Source of the DNA: an uncultured Pirellulaceae bacterium
Lineage (GTDB): Bacteria > Planctomycetota > Planctomycetia > Pirellulales > Pirellulaceae
Assembly: GCA_938040995.1 (NCBI GenBank)
Contig: CALHZT010000202.1
Span: 7,133 to 71,132, forward strand
DNA length: 64,000 nt
Direction of reading: 5' to 3'
Part shown: piece after piece, positions 19,315 through 28,456 of the stretch
Layout: each line of letters opens with the position of its first letter
Position numbering within the stretch: position 1 is the stretch's first letter
Notes under the pieces: model-generated
The model's database searches: none
Told to the model about the DNA's origin: nothing
Seen by the model: the letters and a program-made list of their open reading frames with translations, nothing else
Position numbers and translations under genes: made by a program

Positions 19315-19617
19315 TGGACTCCAGTGTGGCAGTTTGCACTATCGGGGAGGGCAGAGCGGTTCGGTGAAGTATAGGTTTTGGCTTGTCGCGAACACAAATT
19401 CGTCACGTTAACCTTGGACGTGGTGGCGCTCCCTGAAGTTCCACGAATATTGCAGTTTTTCGGCGCCGGGTGCCGTGACGGTTTTGCCGAAAGCAGAGAT
19501 CATCCAACCAGAGTGCCAGTTCCGGTGGGAGAGGGTTCAGGATTCTTGAGAGAAGTTGCGCGATGGAGGCGGATGCACCAGAAAGCGTGCGCCGGCGAAG
19601 GCGAAAGTCGAGCTTGA

Positions 19618-19694
19618 GTAGTGGATCTTGTTAAAGATCCTTCAGTCGTCCGCGAAAGCGATATGTTGCAAGGATCTTTAACAAGATCCACTAC
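19618..19694. repeat. perfect 25-bp inverted repeat with a 27-nt spacer
   Basis: gtagtggatcttgttaaagatcctt (19618-19642) is the exact reverse complement of aaggatctttaacaagatccactac (19670-19694). It lies in the intergenic region between the EF-hand gene and the start of the 2151-aa gene. Confidence 0.9.
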
Positions 19695-19821
19695 GAACGA
19701 ACCGGCCGCCATCCCGTGATTTTAATCTGGTTCGAATCTCAATTGAGCATTATTGCCCCTTCGAACTGACTACACCATTGGATGCAATTTTGCCAAATGC
19801 TCGAACTCCGGTGGGCACTCG

Positions 19822-20310
19822 CTATTCTTCCTCGAAACCTGGTCGGTCGGGTCGAGATGGTTGAGGACTTCTACCCGGTCGGCCTCGGTCGGCGGCGGGT
19901 CCGCCTCGACCTTGTGGGCTGTCACGGTCGGTGCCGGGTCGACCACGCTGTCCGCCTCGCTGCCCGCCGAACCCTCGTACAAAGTCCGGTGGCCAGCCAA
20001 TTTCTTTACCGGACAATTTTCCATCGCCGTCCTTGTCCAGTTTCTTCAACGCTGCAGCTGCATTGCTGATTTCTTCAGCCGACAGTTTCCCATCGTCATC
20101 TGCGTCGAGCGCAGTCATCAACAGGAATCCCGGTGGTCCGCGAAATCCGCCACGACGCTGCGGTGGTCCATCACGTCTTCCTTCAGCCGGTCGACCCTGG
20201 GGTGGACCCGGTGGTTGCGCGAACGTACTGCTGGATGAGAATGTTGCTATCCCGATCAGTATCGCGAAAAGGAACAGGATCTCACTCCTGGATTGCATGT
20301 ATTTCACCAT
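19822..20310 (-). CDS. secreted EF-hand calcium-binding protein with Gly/Arg/Pro-rich flanks
   Basis: A signal peptide is followed by two canonical 12-residue loops, DADDDGKLSAEE and DKDGDGKLSGKE. Confidence 0.8.
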   Translation of the reverse strand: MVKYMQSRSEILFLFAILIGIATFSSSSTFAQPPGPPQGRPAEGRRDGPPQRRGGFRGPPGFLLMTALDADDDGKLSAEEISNAAAALKKLDKDGDGKLSGKEIGWPPDFVRGFGGQRGGQRGRPGTDRDSPQGRGGPAADRGRPGRSPQPSRPDRPGFEEE

Positions 20311-20347
20311 GTTCGTTTTCCGATTTTGAATCGCCGGTTCTGTTTAT

Positions 20348-21673
20348 CTATTTGCCGATGCAATACAGGTTGGTGTTGGATCGGATGAACATGTCGCCAT
20401 CGCTGACGGCTGGCGTACCGTTAAAACCGCTCTTGTCAAACGTGAGGTCGTTCTTTGCGACGACTTCGAACTTGTCTCCGGTCTTAATGATGTAAACGGT
20501 ACCTCCCTGATCGGTGACGATGAGGTTGCCATCGACAACGATCGGTGATGCATAGCTTTGCCCGCCGAATCGACCGCGCCGGCCGCCACCGCCTTGTCCA
20601 TCACCGCCACCGAGCTTGGCGGGCAATCGTTCCTGGTAGATTTCTTCACCATTCGATGTGTCGTAACACTGGATAGCATCGCGGGCGACGGTGTAAATCC
20701 GTCCGTCGTAGACCACCGGAGTCGCAAACCGGCTGGCTGCTCTCGTCTCCCAGTCTGGTTCGTCGATTTCACCCTTCCCGCCGAGCTTGATTGCGACCGC
20801 CGCCGCCCCACCGCGGCTGCCGCCGATCGAATAAGCGAACCCGTCCGCGATCACGATACTGTGCGAACCGCCACCGTTGCCTGGAGCCATCCATCGCAGT
20901 TTTCCACTTTCGGCACTGATCGCCCATGTTTCTTCCGGGACGGCGACAACGATTTCATTGCCCTTCTCGCCTTTAGCGATTGCCGGCGTTCCCCAGACGT
21001 TCGAAAATCCTGCAGCCGGCGTGCTCCATCGTTCTTCGCCTGTTTTCGCATCGAGTCCGTACATGGTTTCCGATTCGTCCGAAGCCAGAACCACCAGTAA
21101 ATCATCACTAAGGATTGGGCTGGACGAAGAACCCCATCGCTGTCGACCGGATTCTTTGCCGACATCTTTGTTCCAGAGTTTCTTTCCATCCATGTCGTAA
21201 GCGAACACGCCCGATTTGCCAAAGAATGCGTAAACGCGCTCGCCGTCACTCGTGGGCGTGTGGCTTGCGTATCCGTGAGAAGGAACGCCCATTCCCGACC
21301 AGGGATCCTCTGGCATGGCGGCATCTTCAGTCGCCGTCCAGAGCGTTTTGCCGTCTTTGCGACTGATACATACGAGGTGTCGTTTGAGATCTTCGAGCTC
21401 TCCGTCGTCATCTCCGCCCATGCCATAGCCTGAGTAGCAAGTCACAAAGACCTTGTCGCCGACAACGATCGGACTGGAGACTCCGCGGCCCGGAAGTTCG
21501 ATATTCCATTTCATGTTCGACTCTTTGCCGAACTCCGTAGGAATGGACGAAGTGCTGACTCCGCTTCCATTGGGGCCACGAAATCGCGGCCAGTCTTCGG
21601 CATTTGCCGAAGTGGAAAGAATGATTGCAAGGAGTAGTCCGATCGCGGTGGGTTGTGAGTTGCGATTATTCAA
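20348..21673 (-). CDS. PQQ-like / BamB-type beta-propeller repeat protein, secreted
   Basis: The signal peptide is followed by AEDWPRFRGPNGSGVS. Repeated propeller blades carry W..........G....SP..... patterns. The start codon is TTG. Confidence 0.75.
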   Translation of the reverse strand: MNNRNSQPTAIGLLLAIILSTSANAEDWPRFRGPNGSGVSTSSIPTEFGKESNMKWNIELPGRGVSSPIVVGDKVFVTCYSGYGMGGDDDGELEDLKRHLVCISRKDGKTLWTATEDAAMPEDPWSGMGVPSHGYASHTPTSDGERVYAFFGKSGVFAYDMDGKKLWNKDVGKESGRQRWGSSSSPILSDDLLVVLASDESETMYGLDAKTGEERWSTPAAGFSNVWGTPAIAKGEKGNEIVVAVPEETWAISAESGKLRWMAPGNGGGSHSIVIADGFAYSIGGSRGGAAAVAIKLGGKGEIDEPDWETRAASRFATPVVYDGRIYTVARDAIQCYDTSNGEEIYQERLPAKLGGGDGQGGGGRRGRFGGQSYASPIVVDGNLIVTDQGGTVYIIKTGDKFEVVAKNDLTFDKSGFNGTPAVSDGDMFIRSNTNLYCIGK

Positions 21674-21708
21674 TGCGTGGTTCCTTGGTTGCTAAAGTGC
21701 CATTCGTA

Positions 21709-21869
21709 GGCGAGCCGGCTGCGTAAGCTGCCCGGGTGGGTGAACATATCGAGAAGGTTGGAATCGCCGTATGCTGCGCGAATATTGTCTGGCTTGGTTG
21801 TTTTGGATGGTTAGTTGGATTTGGGTTCTGGAGCAATTCGTACCCGGCAGCTCACGCAGCCGGCTCGCC
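21709..21869. repeat. Repeat family R3, inverted pair
   Basis: ggcgagccggctgcgtaagctgcccgggtgg (21709-) faces its reverse complement acccggcagctcacgcagccggctcgcc (-21869). The pair lies about 36 nt upstream of the start codon at 21673. Confidence 0.8.
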
Positions 21870-21945
21870 TTCATGAGTTGTAGATCTTCGTTAGTTGTGT
21901 AGATCTTCGCATGCGCGTGGCGGGCAGCCCGAGCCGTTTCAGTCT

Positions 21946-24249
21946 CTACTCTTTCGGTTCATCGGCAAATACCCATGGGCGCGCCTGTTTGATAACCAGC
22001 TTGTCATCTTCTGTGATCTTGAATTCTACTTCCATGGCAAATCGCTCATCTTCCGCAGTCGTCTCGTAGAGTTTTGCGAACTTGCCGTGTACTTTGGCGA
22101 GGCAATCCTTCATTTGCTCAAGATGCTTCGCGGAAAGGATCTGGCCAGAATTCGATTCAGTCGATTGATTCGATTTAGCCGCTTCAGATTTGTCGATCCG
22201 GTTCGAGCTGCGCATGACCTGATACTTTTTGCTGTCCCACCAGTCCAACAAGCCTTCTTCAGGAATCGATGCTTCCTCAGGGTTGGTTACCAGGTCTTCG
22301 CCGACTTGTGTGTTCAGATAGTAGTTGCCTTGCGTCTGATAAAGAATGTCGGTCGTAACCGCGACTCCGTTGGCTCGCTCGCCATCGTAATTTGGGTGAA
22401 CCAGAACTGCCATCGCAGTCGTCAAATGATCGACTCGGTAGAATTCGCGTTCTTCAAACGCCCGGAAATTCCAGAGGCTGGCGTAGACCTGCATGATCGA
22501 CTTGGAAAGATGCCCCTCATCCGGTCGATGTGTGCAGGAATCGTAAAGGCCGGCTCCGCTAAAACCCGGCAGGTCTTCATTATTCGTGCTCGATCGACAA
22601 CGCAACGCCGTGCCTGCCGCGAATGACTTATGGAGCTCATCGAACTTGCTCATCATCCACTCTGGCATCTTGCCGTTCTTGATCATGGCTCGCATGATCG
22701 CGAGCTGGCGAGTCAGTTCTTCGGGATCTTTTTTAACCGAATCGTTCTCAATTAGTTCCTTCGCGCGATCATAAAGCTCATTGTGTTTCATGAACTCGTC
22801 GTAAAAGTAAAACGGCACTGCAAAGCCATTTGGGATTATCTCATCGTCCATCCCAAACGTTCGCATCGTCGCAAGATTGGTGGCTTTGACACCGACAACA
22901 TCGGCATGCGTGAATTCGACCTTTTCGAGCGGCAAGATGTCAGTGATCGAAAGATCTCTCTCCGGCGACTGGGGCGTTGCCGGTCGAAGCTTGGCAAGAT
23001 GGCCGTCGACCTCACTCTCCGTCGCCTTTCGCAACTCATATCCGTCCGCCGTTACCGAGTAGGCCACGAATTCACCGACCAGCGACTTGACGTTTTCATC
23101 TTCGAGAATTCCAGAGATGAACGAGTTGGGAACGCGATCCTGTACGGCTCGCAGGTTGACGTGCGAAAGTGGAGTCTGTCGAACCGCGGTGATGATGCCG
23201 GAGGTGCGAGGCAGCTCGTTCGGGATCGTCTTGTAGATTACCACGTCGCGTGCATTCGGAATCTGGTTAATCTCCATGATTCGAAGTCGACCGAAGGACG
23301 TTCCCGCGTTCAGCGGCAGGTAGGCGACGTCCGCACTCGTCAGATCTTTATTGAGATAGATCGGCAAGTTGGCTGCCTTATATTTGGCGCGGTCCGCATT
23401 GACTTTGGCCATCGCACGTTCGCCGCGAGGGAAGTAGCCAAGGTTGCCCTTGAGGATCGGCATCTTTTCGATGAGCGCCTCGCGAGCCAGCTGCACCATC
23501 TCGAACCTGTACTCATCGAACGGTTCGAACTCGTACGTGTAAAGACCCTGCTTGCCACTCGGCGATTTTAGCATCGGGCGGTAAACCAGGACGCCCTTCA
23601 TTTGTTCGTCGCCTCGGCCACGCGGTAGCCCGGCGGCTTGGCCGAACATGTGGTGAGCCCGATGCGTTGTTGTATTAATGAAGTACAGCCGCTCTTCATC
23701 CGTGTTCGGTTTGTTGAATGTAAACTTTACGAACTCGAGATTGGAGAGGAACGTATCGATCATCACCTGTTCGCCACGGTACGACAGTTTGTGGTAAGTC
23801 GCGTGATCAGGAATCGACGCGACTCCATCTTTGAAGTCGAGATCTTCCGGTTCGATCCGCTTTCCAATGACTTCACCGCCGCGCCCACCACGTCCGCCGC
23901 CCCGACCACCACGCCCGCCACCGCGCCCGCCTCTTCCTCCGCGAAAGAACTCCGGGACCAACTCGTCTCCAGAAAGTTCGGAGTCCTTGTTCTTGTCCAG
24001 TTCTGCGAGCGCCTTGGCTGCATTCGCCATTTCTTCGGCCGAGATCTCGCCGTCACCGTCTGCGTCGATAGCATCAAGAACCGGAGGCGATGGGAATCCG
24101 CCGGGCCCGCCTCTTCCACCTCGCCCGCCTGGTCCGCCGGGGCCTTGCCCACCGGGGCCGCCCGGTGGCTGAGCCAGCGTGGTAGTTTCACCGGCGGAAC
24201 AAACGCAGAAAAGAACGACTGCAAAAATGATTACAGAACGATGAATCAT
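21946..24249 (-). CDS. signal-peptide protein with an N-terminal EF-hand pair and a C-terminal PEP/pyruvate-binding (PPDK_N, ATP-grasp) domain
   Basis: The signal is [20 protein letters not shown]. The EF loops are [12 protein letters not shown] and [12 protein letters not shown]. The C-terminal half has [33 protein letters not shown] and a final [10 protein letters not shown], all typical of PPDK_N. No phosphohistidine swivel domain follows. Confidence 0.8.
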   Translation of the reverse strand: MIHRSVIIFAVVLFCVCSAGETTTLAQPPGGPGGQGPGGPGGRGGRGGPGGFPSPPVLDAIDADGDGEISAEEMANAAKALAELDKNKDSELSGDELVPEFFRGGRGGRGGGRGGRGGGRGGRGGEVIGKRIEPEDLDFKDGVASIPDHATYHKLSYRGEQVMIDTFLSNLEFVKFTFNKPNTDEERLYFINTTTHRAHHMFGQAAGLPRGRGDEQMKGVLVYRPMLKSPSGKQGLYTYEFEPFDEYRFEMVQLAREALIEKMPILKGNLGYFPRGERAMAKVNADRAKYKAANLPIYLNKDLTSADVAYLPLNAGTSFGRLRIMEINQIPNARDVVIYKTIPNELPRTSGIITAVRQTPLSHVNLRAVQDRVPNSFISGILEDENVKSLVGEFVAYSVTADGYELRKATESEVDGHLAKLRPATPQSPERDLSITDILPLEKVEFTHADVVGVKATNLATMRTFGMDDEIIPNGFAVPFYFYDEFMKHNELYDRAKELIENDSVKKDPEELTRQLAIMRAMIKNGKMPEWMMSKFDELHKSFAAGTALRCRSSTNNEDLPGFSGAGLYDSCTHRPDEGHLSKSIMQVYASLWNFRAFEEREFYRVDHLTTAMAVLVHPNYDGERANGVAVTTDILYQTQGNYYLNTQVGEDLVTNPEEASIPEEGLLDWWDSKKYQVMRSSNRIDKSEAAKSNQSTESNSGQILSAKHLEQMKDCLAKVHGKFAKLYETTAEDERFAMEVEFKITEDDKLVIKQARPWVFADEPKE

Positions 24250-24357
24250 GAATGGATCCTGAATCCAGGTGGGGCGAGGCGATGATGGTAGCTATATAGG
24301 ATGCGCTGAGGCCCCGATTATTTCGGTATATAGAACTGGTTGCACGGTGGGGGCTGG

Positions 24358-24612
24358 TCAAATGGCGTGATTTTCTCCCAAGTTGCCGGATTCGTCCCGT
24401 TGTTGGCGAGCGATCGCACCATCCAAGATTTCTTGAAAAGTGGCGAATAACATCGGAGGCTGTTTTTTTGGCCGGAGCTTGGTAATGGCCGAATTTTTGA
24501 AAATCCAGCGAACAACCATGCGGAAAGGCGTGTAAAAACCGGGGAGCGGGCCAAATGGCACGTTTTCAACTACGCCGCGAGCCTTGATTCTGTCGATATT
24601 TGGATCCAGCAC
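24358..24612 (-). CDS. possible small protein (84 aa), unknown function
   Basis: An ATG-initiated ORF in an otherwise empty 460-bp intergenic region. No motif recognised. This is a weak call. Confidence 0.3.
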   Translation of the reverse strand: MLDPNIDRIKARGVVENVPFGPLPGFYTPFRMVVRWIFKNSAITKLRPKKQPPMLFATFQEILDGAIARQQRDESGNLGENHAI

Positions 24613-24715
24613 TGGATTGCATTAACCTTGTAGATGTCCGGCTTGTTCGACTGCCGTCGTCTGGCATGGCCCGAACGCCAAAAATCGACTGAGCGCAAAA
24701 ACAAAGGGAAACGTG

Positions 24716-26077
24716 ATGACTCGCTTGAATCGCCGTCGACTAATCAAAGCCGCAGGGATGGGTGTCTTTGGAGCGAGTGCCAGCGGCTGGTTCCCCAAGA
24801 TTGCCAATCGTGCGAATGCCGACACCACCGGATCGAGCGAATCAGCCGCCGGTAAAAAGTCGCCAAAGAAACGACACTGCATTCTGCTCTGGATGCCTGG
24901 CGGTCCGACGCAGACAGACACGTTCGACATGAAGCCGGATCACGAGAACGGTGGCGAGTTCAAAGAGATCGCGACCTCCGTGCCCGGCTTGCGGTTTAGT
25001 GAGCACCTGCCCAAGCTCGCCAAACATGCGGAACATCTGGCGGTCGTCCGCAGCCTGAGCACCAAAGAGGGCGACCATGGCCGCGGAACGTATCTGATGC
25101 GGACTGGTGAATCTCCGATGGGGCCGGTCAACTACCCGCCGATCGGAGCCGCCCTTGCCAAGACGATGCCGACTGATCAGCAAGAGCTACCCAACTATGT
25201 GAGTATCGGTCCTTTCCGCGCCTTTAATCGTGATGCCTTTGGGCCAGGGTTCCTCGGAGCCAAATATGCGCCGCTGGTTGTCGGAGCAACGGATGGAGGC
25301 GGCGCGACGGTTGGTGATGATGGTTATGCGCGACTTCAAGTCGATTCGCTGAAGGCCCCGGTCGGCAAGGAACGCATGGCCCGGCGACTGGAGATGTGGG
25401 AACAATTGCAGGCTTCGTACCTTGCCGATCATCCTGACAGTGCTTCGGCGAAGGCGCATCATCAGACGTATGAACGAACCGTTAACATGATGAGCAAAAA
25501 AGCCGGTGAGGCATTCGACCTTTCGAAAGAAGACGCAACGCTTCGGGAAGCGTACGGCAAAGGAGTCTTTGGGCAGGGCTGCCTGTTGGCTCGGCGATTG
25601 ATCGAACGCGGCGTTTCGTTCGTCGAAGTTTCGCTCGGTACGACTTCGGGCGGGATCGGTTGGGATACGCACGCCGACAACTTTAACGCGGTCAAAACAC
25701 TCTCCGGCGAACTGGATGCCGGCTGGGCGACGCTCATCGAAGACCTGAAGCTTCGCGGCATGCTCGAAGACACGACGATACTCTGGATGGGCGAGTTCGG
25801 TCGCACGCCAAAGATCAATCAGAGTGCCGGCCGCGATCACTTCCCGCAAGCCTGGTCATGCGTCTTTGCCGGCGGCGGCATCGCCGGTGGGCAAGCGTAC
25901 GGCAAAACAACCGCGGATGGCATGGAAGTCGACGAGAACAAAGTCGGCGTCAAAGATGTGCTCGCGACACTTTGTTCCGCCGTCGGAATGTCGCCACTCG
26001 AAGAGAACTACACGGACAATGGCCGCCCGATTCCGCTCGTCGAAGAAGGCGAGCCGATCGATGATCTGTTGGCATAG
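24716..26077 (+). CDS. DUF1501 family protein (sulfatase-like fold) with a Tat signal
   Basis: MTRLNRRRLIKAAGMGVFGASA is a twin-arginine signal. The motifs LWMPGGPTQTDTFDMKP, GWDTH and GRDH are typical of DUF1501. ATG 24716 follows GTG 24713. Confidence 0.85.
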   Translation: MTRLNRRRLIKAAGMGVFGASASGWFPKIANRANADTTGSSESAAGKKSPKKRHCILLWMPGGPTQTDTFDMKPDHENGGEFKEIATSVPGLRFSEHLPKLAKHAEHLAVVRSLSTKEGDHGRGTYLMRTGESPMGPVNYPPIGAALAKTMPTDQQELPNYVSIGPFRAFNRDAFGPGFLGAKYAPLVVGATDGGGATVGDDGYARLQVDSLKAPVGKERMARRLEMWEQLQASYLADHPDSASAKAHHQTYERTVNMMSKKAGEAFDLSKEDATLREAYGKGVFGQGCLLARRLIERGVSFVEVSLGTTSGGIGWDTHADNFNAVKTLSGELDAGWATLIEDLKLRGMLEDTTILWMGEFGRTPKINQSAGRDHFPQAWSCVFAGGGIAGGQAYGKTTADGMEVDENKVGVKDVLATLCSAVGMSPLEENYTDNGRPIPLVEEGEPIDDLLA

Positions 26078-26115
26078 TCGAACCATAGTCGATCCGATAG
26101 TCGATCAAAAACGGC

Positions 26116-26799
26116 ATGCGACCTGACAACGTCCTTCTATTTCCCGGTCTGGACGGGACCGATCGACTTCTTCAGCCGTTCCGGGAGGCAGCCCCGGAAT
26201 GTGCCTCCGTCAACGTTCACACGTTGCCGGATGATCCGGCTGCCGATTACGACGGCCTCGTTCGCCATTTCGATCACCTTTTTGATGATCTCACCGATTG
26301 CATGATCTTCGGCGAGTCGTTTTCTGGCCCGCTCTCTGTCATGTTGGCGAATCGACACTCCCGTGTCGTGTCGCATCTGGTCATCGTTGCTTCGTTCCTG
26401 ACATCGCCACTTCCGTGGTTCGCACCGTTTATACCGTGGCAATTTCTATTTCGACTGCCCATGCCATCGTTGGCTGCCAGCCGGTTAATCGGAAGTCATC
26501 AGAGCATTATTCCTGAACTGAAAGAAGCTGTTCGCGAGCAATCGGCCATCACGTTGGCTCGACGAATCGAACTCATTTCGAAAATCAACGTAGAGAAAGA
26601 GTTCCGTGAATTGACTTGTCCAGTCACGTACCTTCTGCCGACGCAAGATCGACTCGTATCGTCCACGCATGCCACGCGAATGAAAGAGCTAAAACCAGAC
26701 ATGCGAATTTGCGAGCTCGAGGGCCCGCACCTGATCTTGCAGACGCGACCTGCCGCCTCGTGGATAAGGATAATGGAGTCCCTGGTTGATTCAGACTGA
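26116..26799 (+). CDS. alpha/beta-fold hydrolase
   Basis: The nucleophile elbow is GESFSG, preceded by LLFPGLDGTD. The size fits a single-domain hydrolase. Confidence 0.65.
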   Translation: MRPDNVLLFPGLDGTDRLLQPFREAAPECASVNVHTLPDDPAADYDGLVRHFDHLFDDLTDCMIFGESFSGPLSVMLANRHSRVVSHLVIVASFLTSPLPWFAPFIPWQFLFRLPMPSLAASRLIGSHQSIIPELKEAVREQSAITLARRIELISKINVEKEFRELTCPVTYLLPTQDRLVSSTHATRMKELKPDMRICELEGPHLILQTRPAASWIRIMESLVDSD

Positions 26800-27193
26800 C
26801 AGAAACAGGCTGGGCCTGATTGGCGTCCTGCTGGTAGTGATCAGCCTGGGACTTGCCTCTCGCAAGTTCGGAGACGTACTTCCTGGATTCCTGGCCGACA
26901 ACACTGGAGATGCACTGTGGACCGTTGCCGTGTTCATCGCATTGGCCATTGGTTTTCCACGTTGGCCAGCGGTCCGAATGGGACTGTTGGCGTTCGCCAT
27001 TAGCGTGTTCGTTGAAATCAGCCAATTGAGTGATGCTCATATTCTGGTTGCAATCCGGGCCAACAGGATCGGCCGGTTGTTCCTTGGACAGGGCTTTGTC
27101 TGGGCTGATTTCCTGCGTTACTTCGCGGGGGCATTCATTGCCGTTGGCGTTGATCGGCTGGTATGGAATGAGGACGCACGCAGGGAAAGTTAG
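26786..27193 (+). CDS. DUF2809-like small membrane protein
   Basis: The protein has four hydrophobic segments. The patterns DNTGDALWTVAVFIAL and GFVWADFLRYFAGAFIAVG are as I recall for DUF2809. The start is TTG and overlaps the preceding gene by 14 nt, so it is uncertain. Confidence 0.55.
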   Translation: MIQTDRNRLGLIGVLLVVISLGLASRKFGDVLPGFLADNTGDALWTVAVFIALAIGFPRWPAVRMGLLAFAISVFVEISQLSDAHILVAIRANRIGRLFLGQGFVWADFLRYFAGAFIAVGVDRLVWNEDARRES

Positions 27194-27197
27194 CAAC

Positions 27198-27517
27198 GGC
27201 GAGCCGGGTTGCGTCAGCTCCCGGGTGCGAAGCGTCAAACGCACCAGCATCTTTCGCGACCATCCCCACCATCACACTCAACGGCGAGCCGGGTTGCGTC
27301 AGCTCCCGGGTGCGAATCATCAAACGCACCAACATCTTTCGCGACCATCCCCACCATCGCACTCAACGGCGAGCCGGGTTGCGTCAGCTGCCGGGTGCGA
27401 ATCATCAAACGCACGAGCATCTTTCGCGGCCATCCCCACCATCACACTCAGCGGCGAGCCGGGTTGCGTCAGCCCCCGGGTGCGAATCATCAAACGCACC
27501 AGCATCTTTCGCGACCA
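27198..27517 (+). repeat. tandem array of about 3.8 x 85-bp units of repeat family R3
   Basis: The ggcgagccgggttgcgtcagc core starts at 27198, 27283, 27368 and 27453, an exact 85-bp period. Units are near-identical with no unique spacers. Confidence 0.95.
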
Positions 27518-27602
27518 GATTCGACAATTGCCCTGGACCATTTTATTCGGAACTGTTGCTACAATACACGCCGTGCCTCAATTCCATTAACCGGGCGGCA
27601 TT

Positions 27603-28133
27603 ATGATCTCTGAACAATCTCCCGATTTTCCCGCTGGCGAATTCACACCGCCTGACAACTACGACGCTGCCCAAAAAGCGGTTTACGTCAGGCAGCTGAA
27701 ACTGGCTCCGCGACAAATTCGCGACGCCGTCGCTGGCCTCGAACCATCACAGCTGGACACCCGATATAGAAACTGGACCATCCGGCAGATTGTGCATCAT
27801 CTGGCAGACAGTCACATGAATGCCTACATCCGGTTCAAGTGGGCGCTGACGGAAGAGATCCCACTCATCAAGAGCTACAACGAAACGCTATGGTCCGAAG
27901 TCGTCGATGCAACGACTTTACCTATCGAACCTTCGATGTTGATTCTTGATGGTTTGCACACTCGCTGGGGTGAACTCGTCGCGAACCTCGATGAAGATCA
28001 ACTCAGCCGCACGTATTTCCATCCGGAGATTGGCGACCAGGTGACTCTTCGCGAAGCATTGCCAAACTACGTTTGGCACACGGATCATCATACGGCTCAG
28101 ATCACGTGGCTGCGTGATTCACGAAGCTGGTAG
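27603..28133 (+). CDS. DinB/YfiT-family putative metal-dependent (bacillithiol-transferase-like) protein
   Basis: The motifs RQIVHHLADSHMNAYIRFKWALTEE and YVWHTDHHTAQITWLR give the His triad pattern of the DinB_2/YfiT family. Confidence 0.75.
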   Translation: MISEQSPDFPAGEFTPPDNYDAAQKAVYVRQLKLAPRQIRDAVAGLEPSQLDTRYRNWTIRQIVHHLADSHMNAYIRFKWALTEEIPLIKSYNETLWSEVVDATTLPIEPSMLILDGLHTRWGELVANLDEDQLSRTYFHPEIGDQVTLREALPNYVWHTDHHTAQITWLRDSRSW

Positions 28134-28150
28134 ACTGAAAAACGATTATG

Positions 28151-28433
28151 GGCGAGCCGGGTTGCGTTAGAGCGCATTCAACTTTGGTGTAGCGTCATTT
28201 CGTTTCTCTCGATCGGGATTCACGTCGCCCGAGACGCTACACGTCCGTCGGACACCGACGAGCACCCAGGTGGGAACTGCCGCAATGCTGAGATTGTCAG
28301 TAGCGATCGACGTGCTGAAGTGGATGCACAGAACCGCAACACACCCGGGAGCTGACGCAACCCGGCTCGCCTTTGGGTGCGTTGGGTGGGTCTGGTCGCG
28401 AAAGATGTTGATGCGTTTACTGCTTCGCACCCG
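28151..28433. repeat. R3 partial copy, R4 hairpin and one inverted full R3 unit
   Basis: ggcgagccgggttgcgttag starts at 28151. The R4 stem is ggtgtagcgtc (28186-28196) / gacgctacac (28233-28242). A reverse-complement R3 unit spans 28342..28433. The block lies between convergent genes. Confidence 0.8.
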
Positions 28434-28456
28434 TTGCGCCGTGATGGAACAGGCTT

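Noticed and set aside
19728-19740. A GGTTCGAATC string resembling a tRNA T-loop, and a similar gggttcgaatt at about 2455
   Set aside because: The flanking bases cannot form the 5-bp T-stem, and no acceptor or anticodon arms are evident. I found no tRNA, rRNA, tmRNA or RNase P signature anywhere in the window by eye.
27198-27517. Considered whether the regularly spaced 85-bp repeats are a CRISPR array
   Set aside because: The whole 85-bp unit repeats head to tail. There are no unique spacers between the conserved cores, no cas genes in the window, and the same core occurs singly or as inverted pairs elsewhere.
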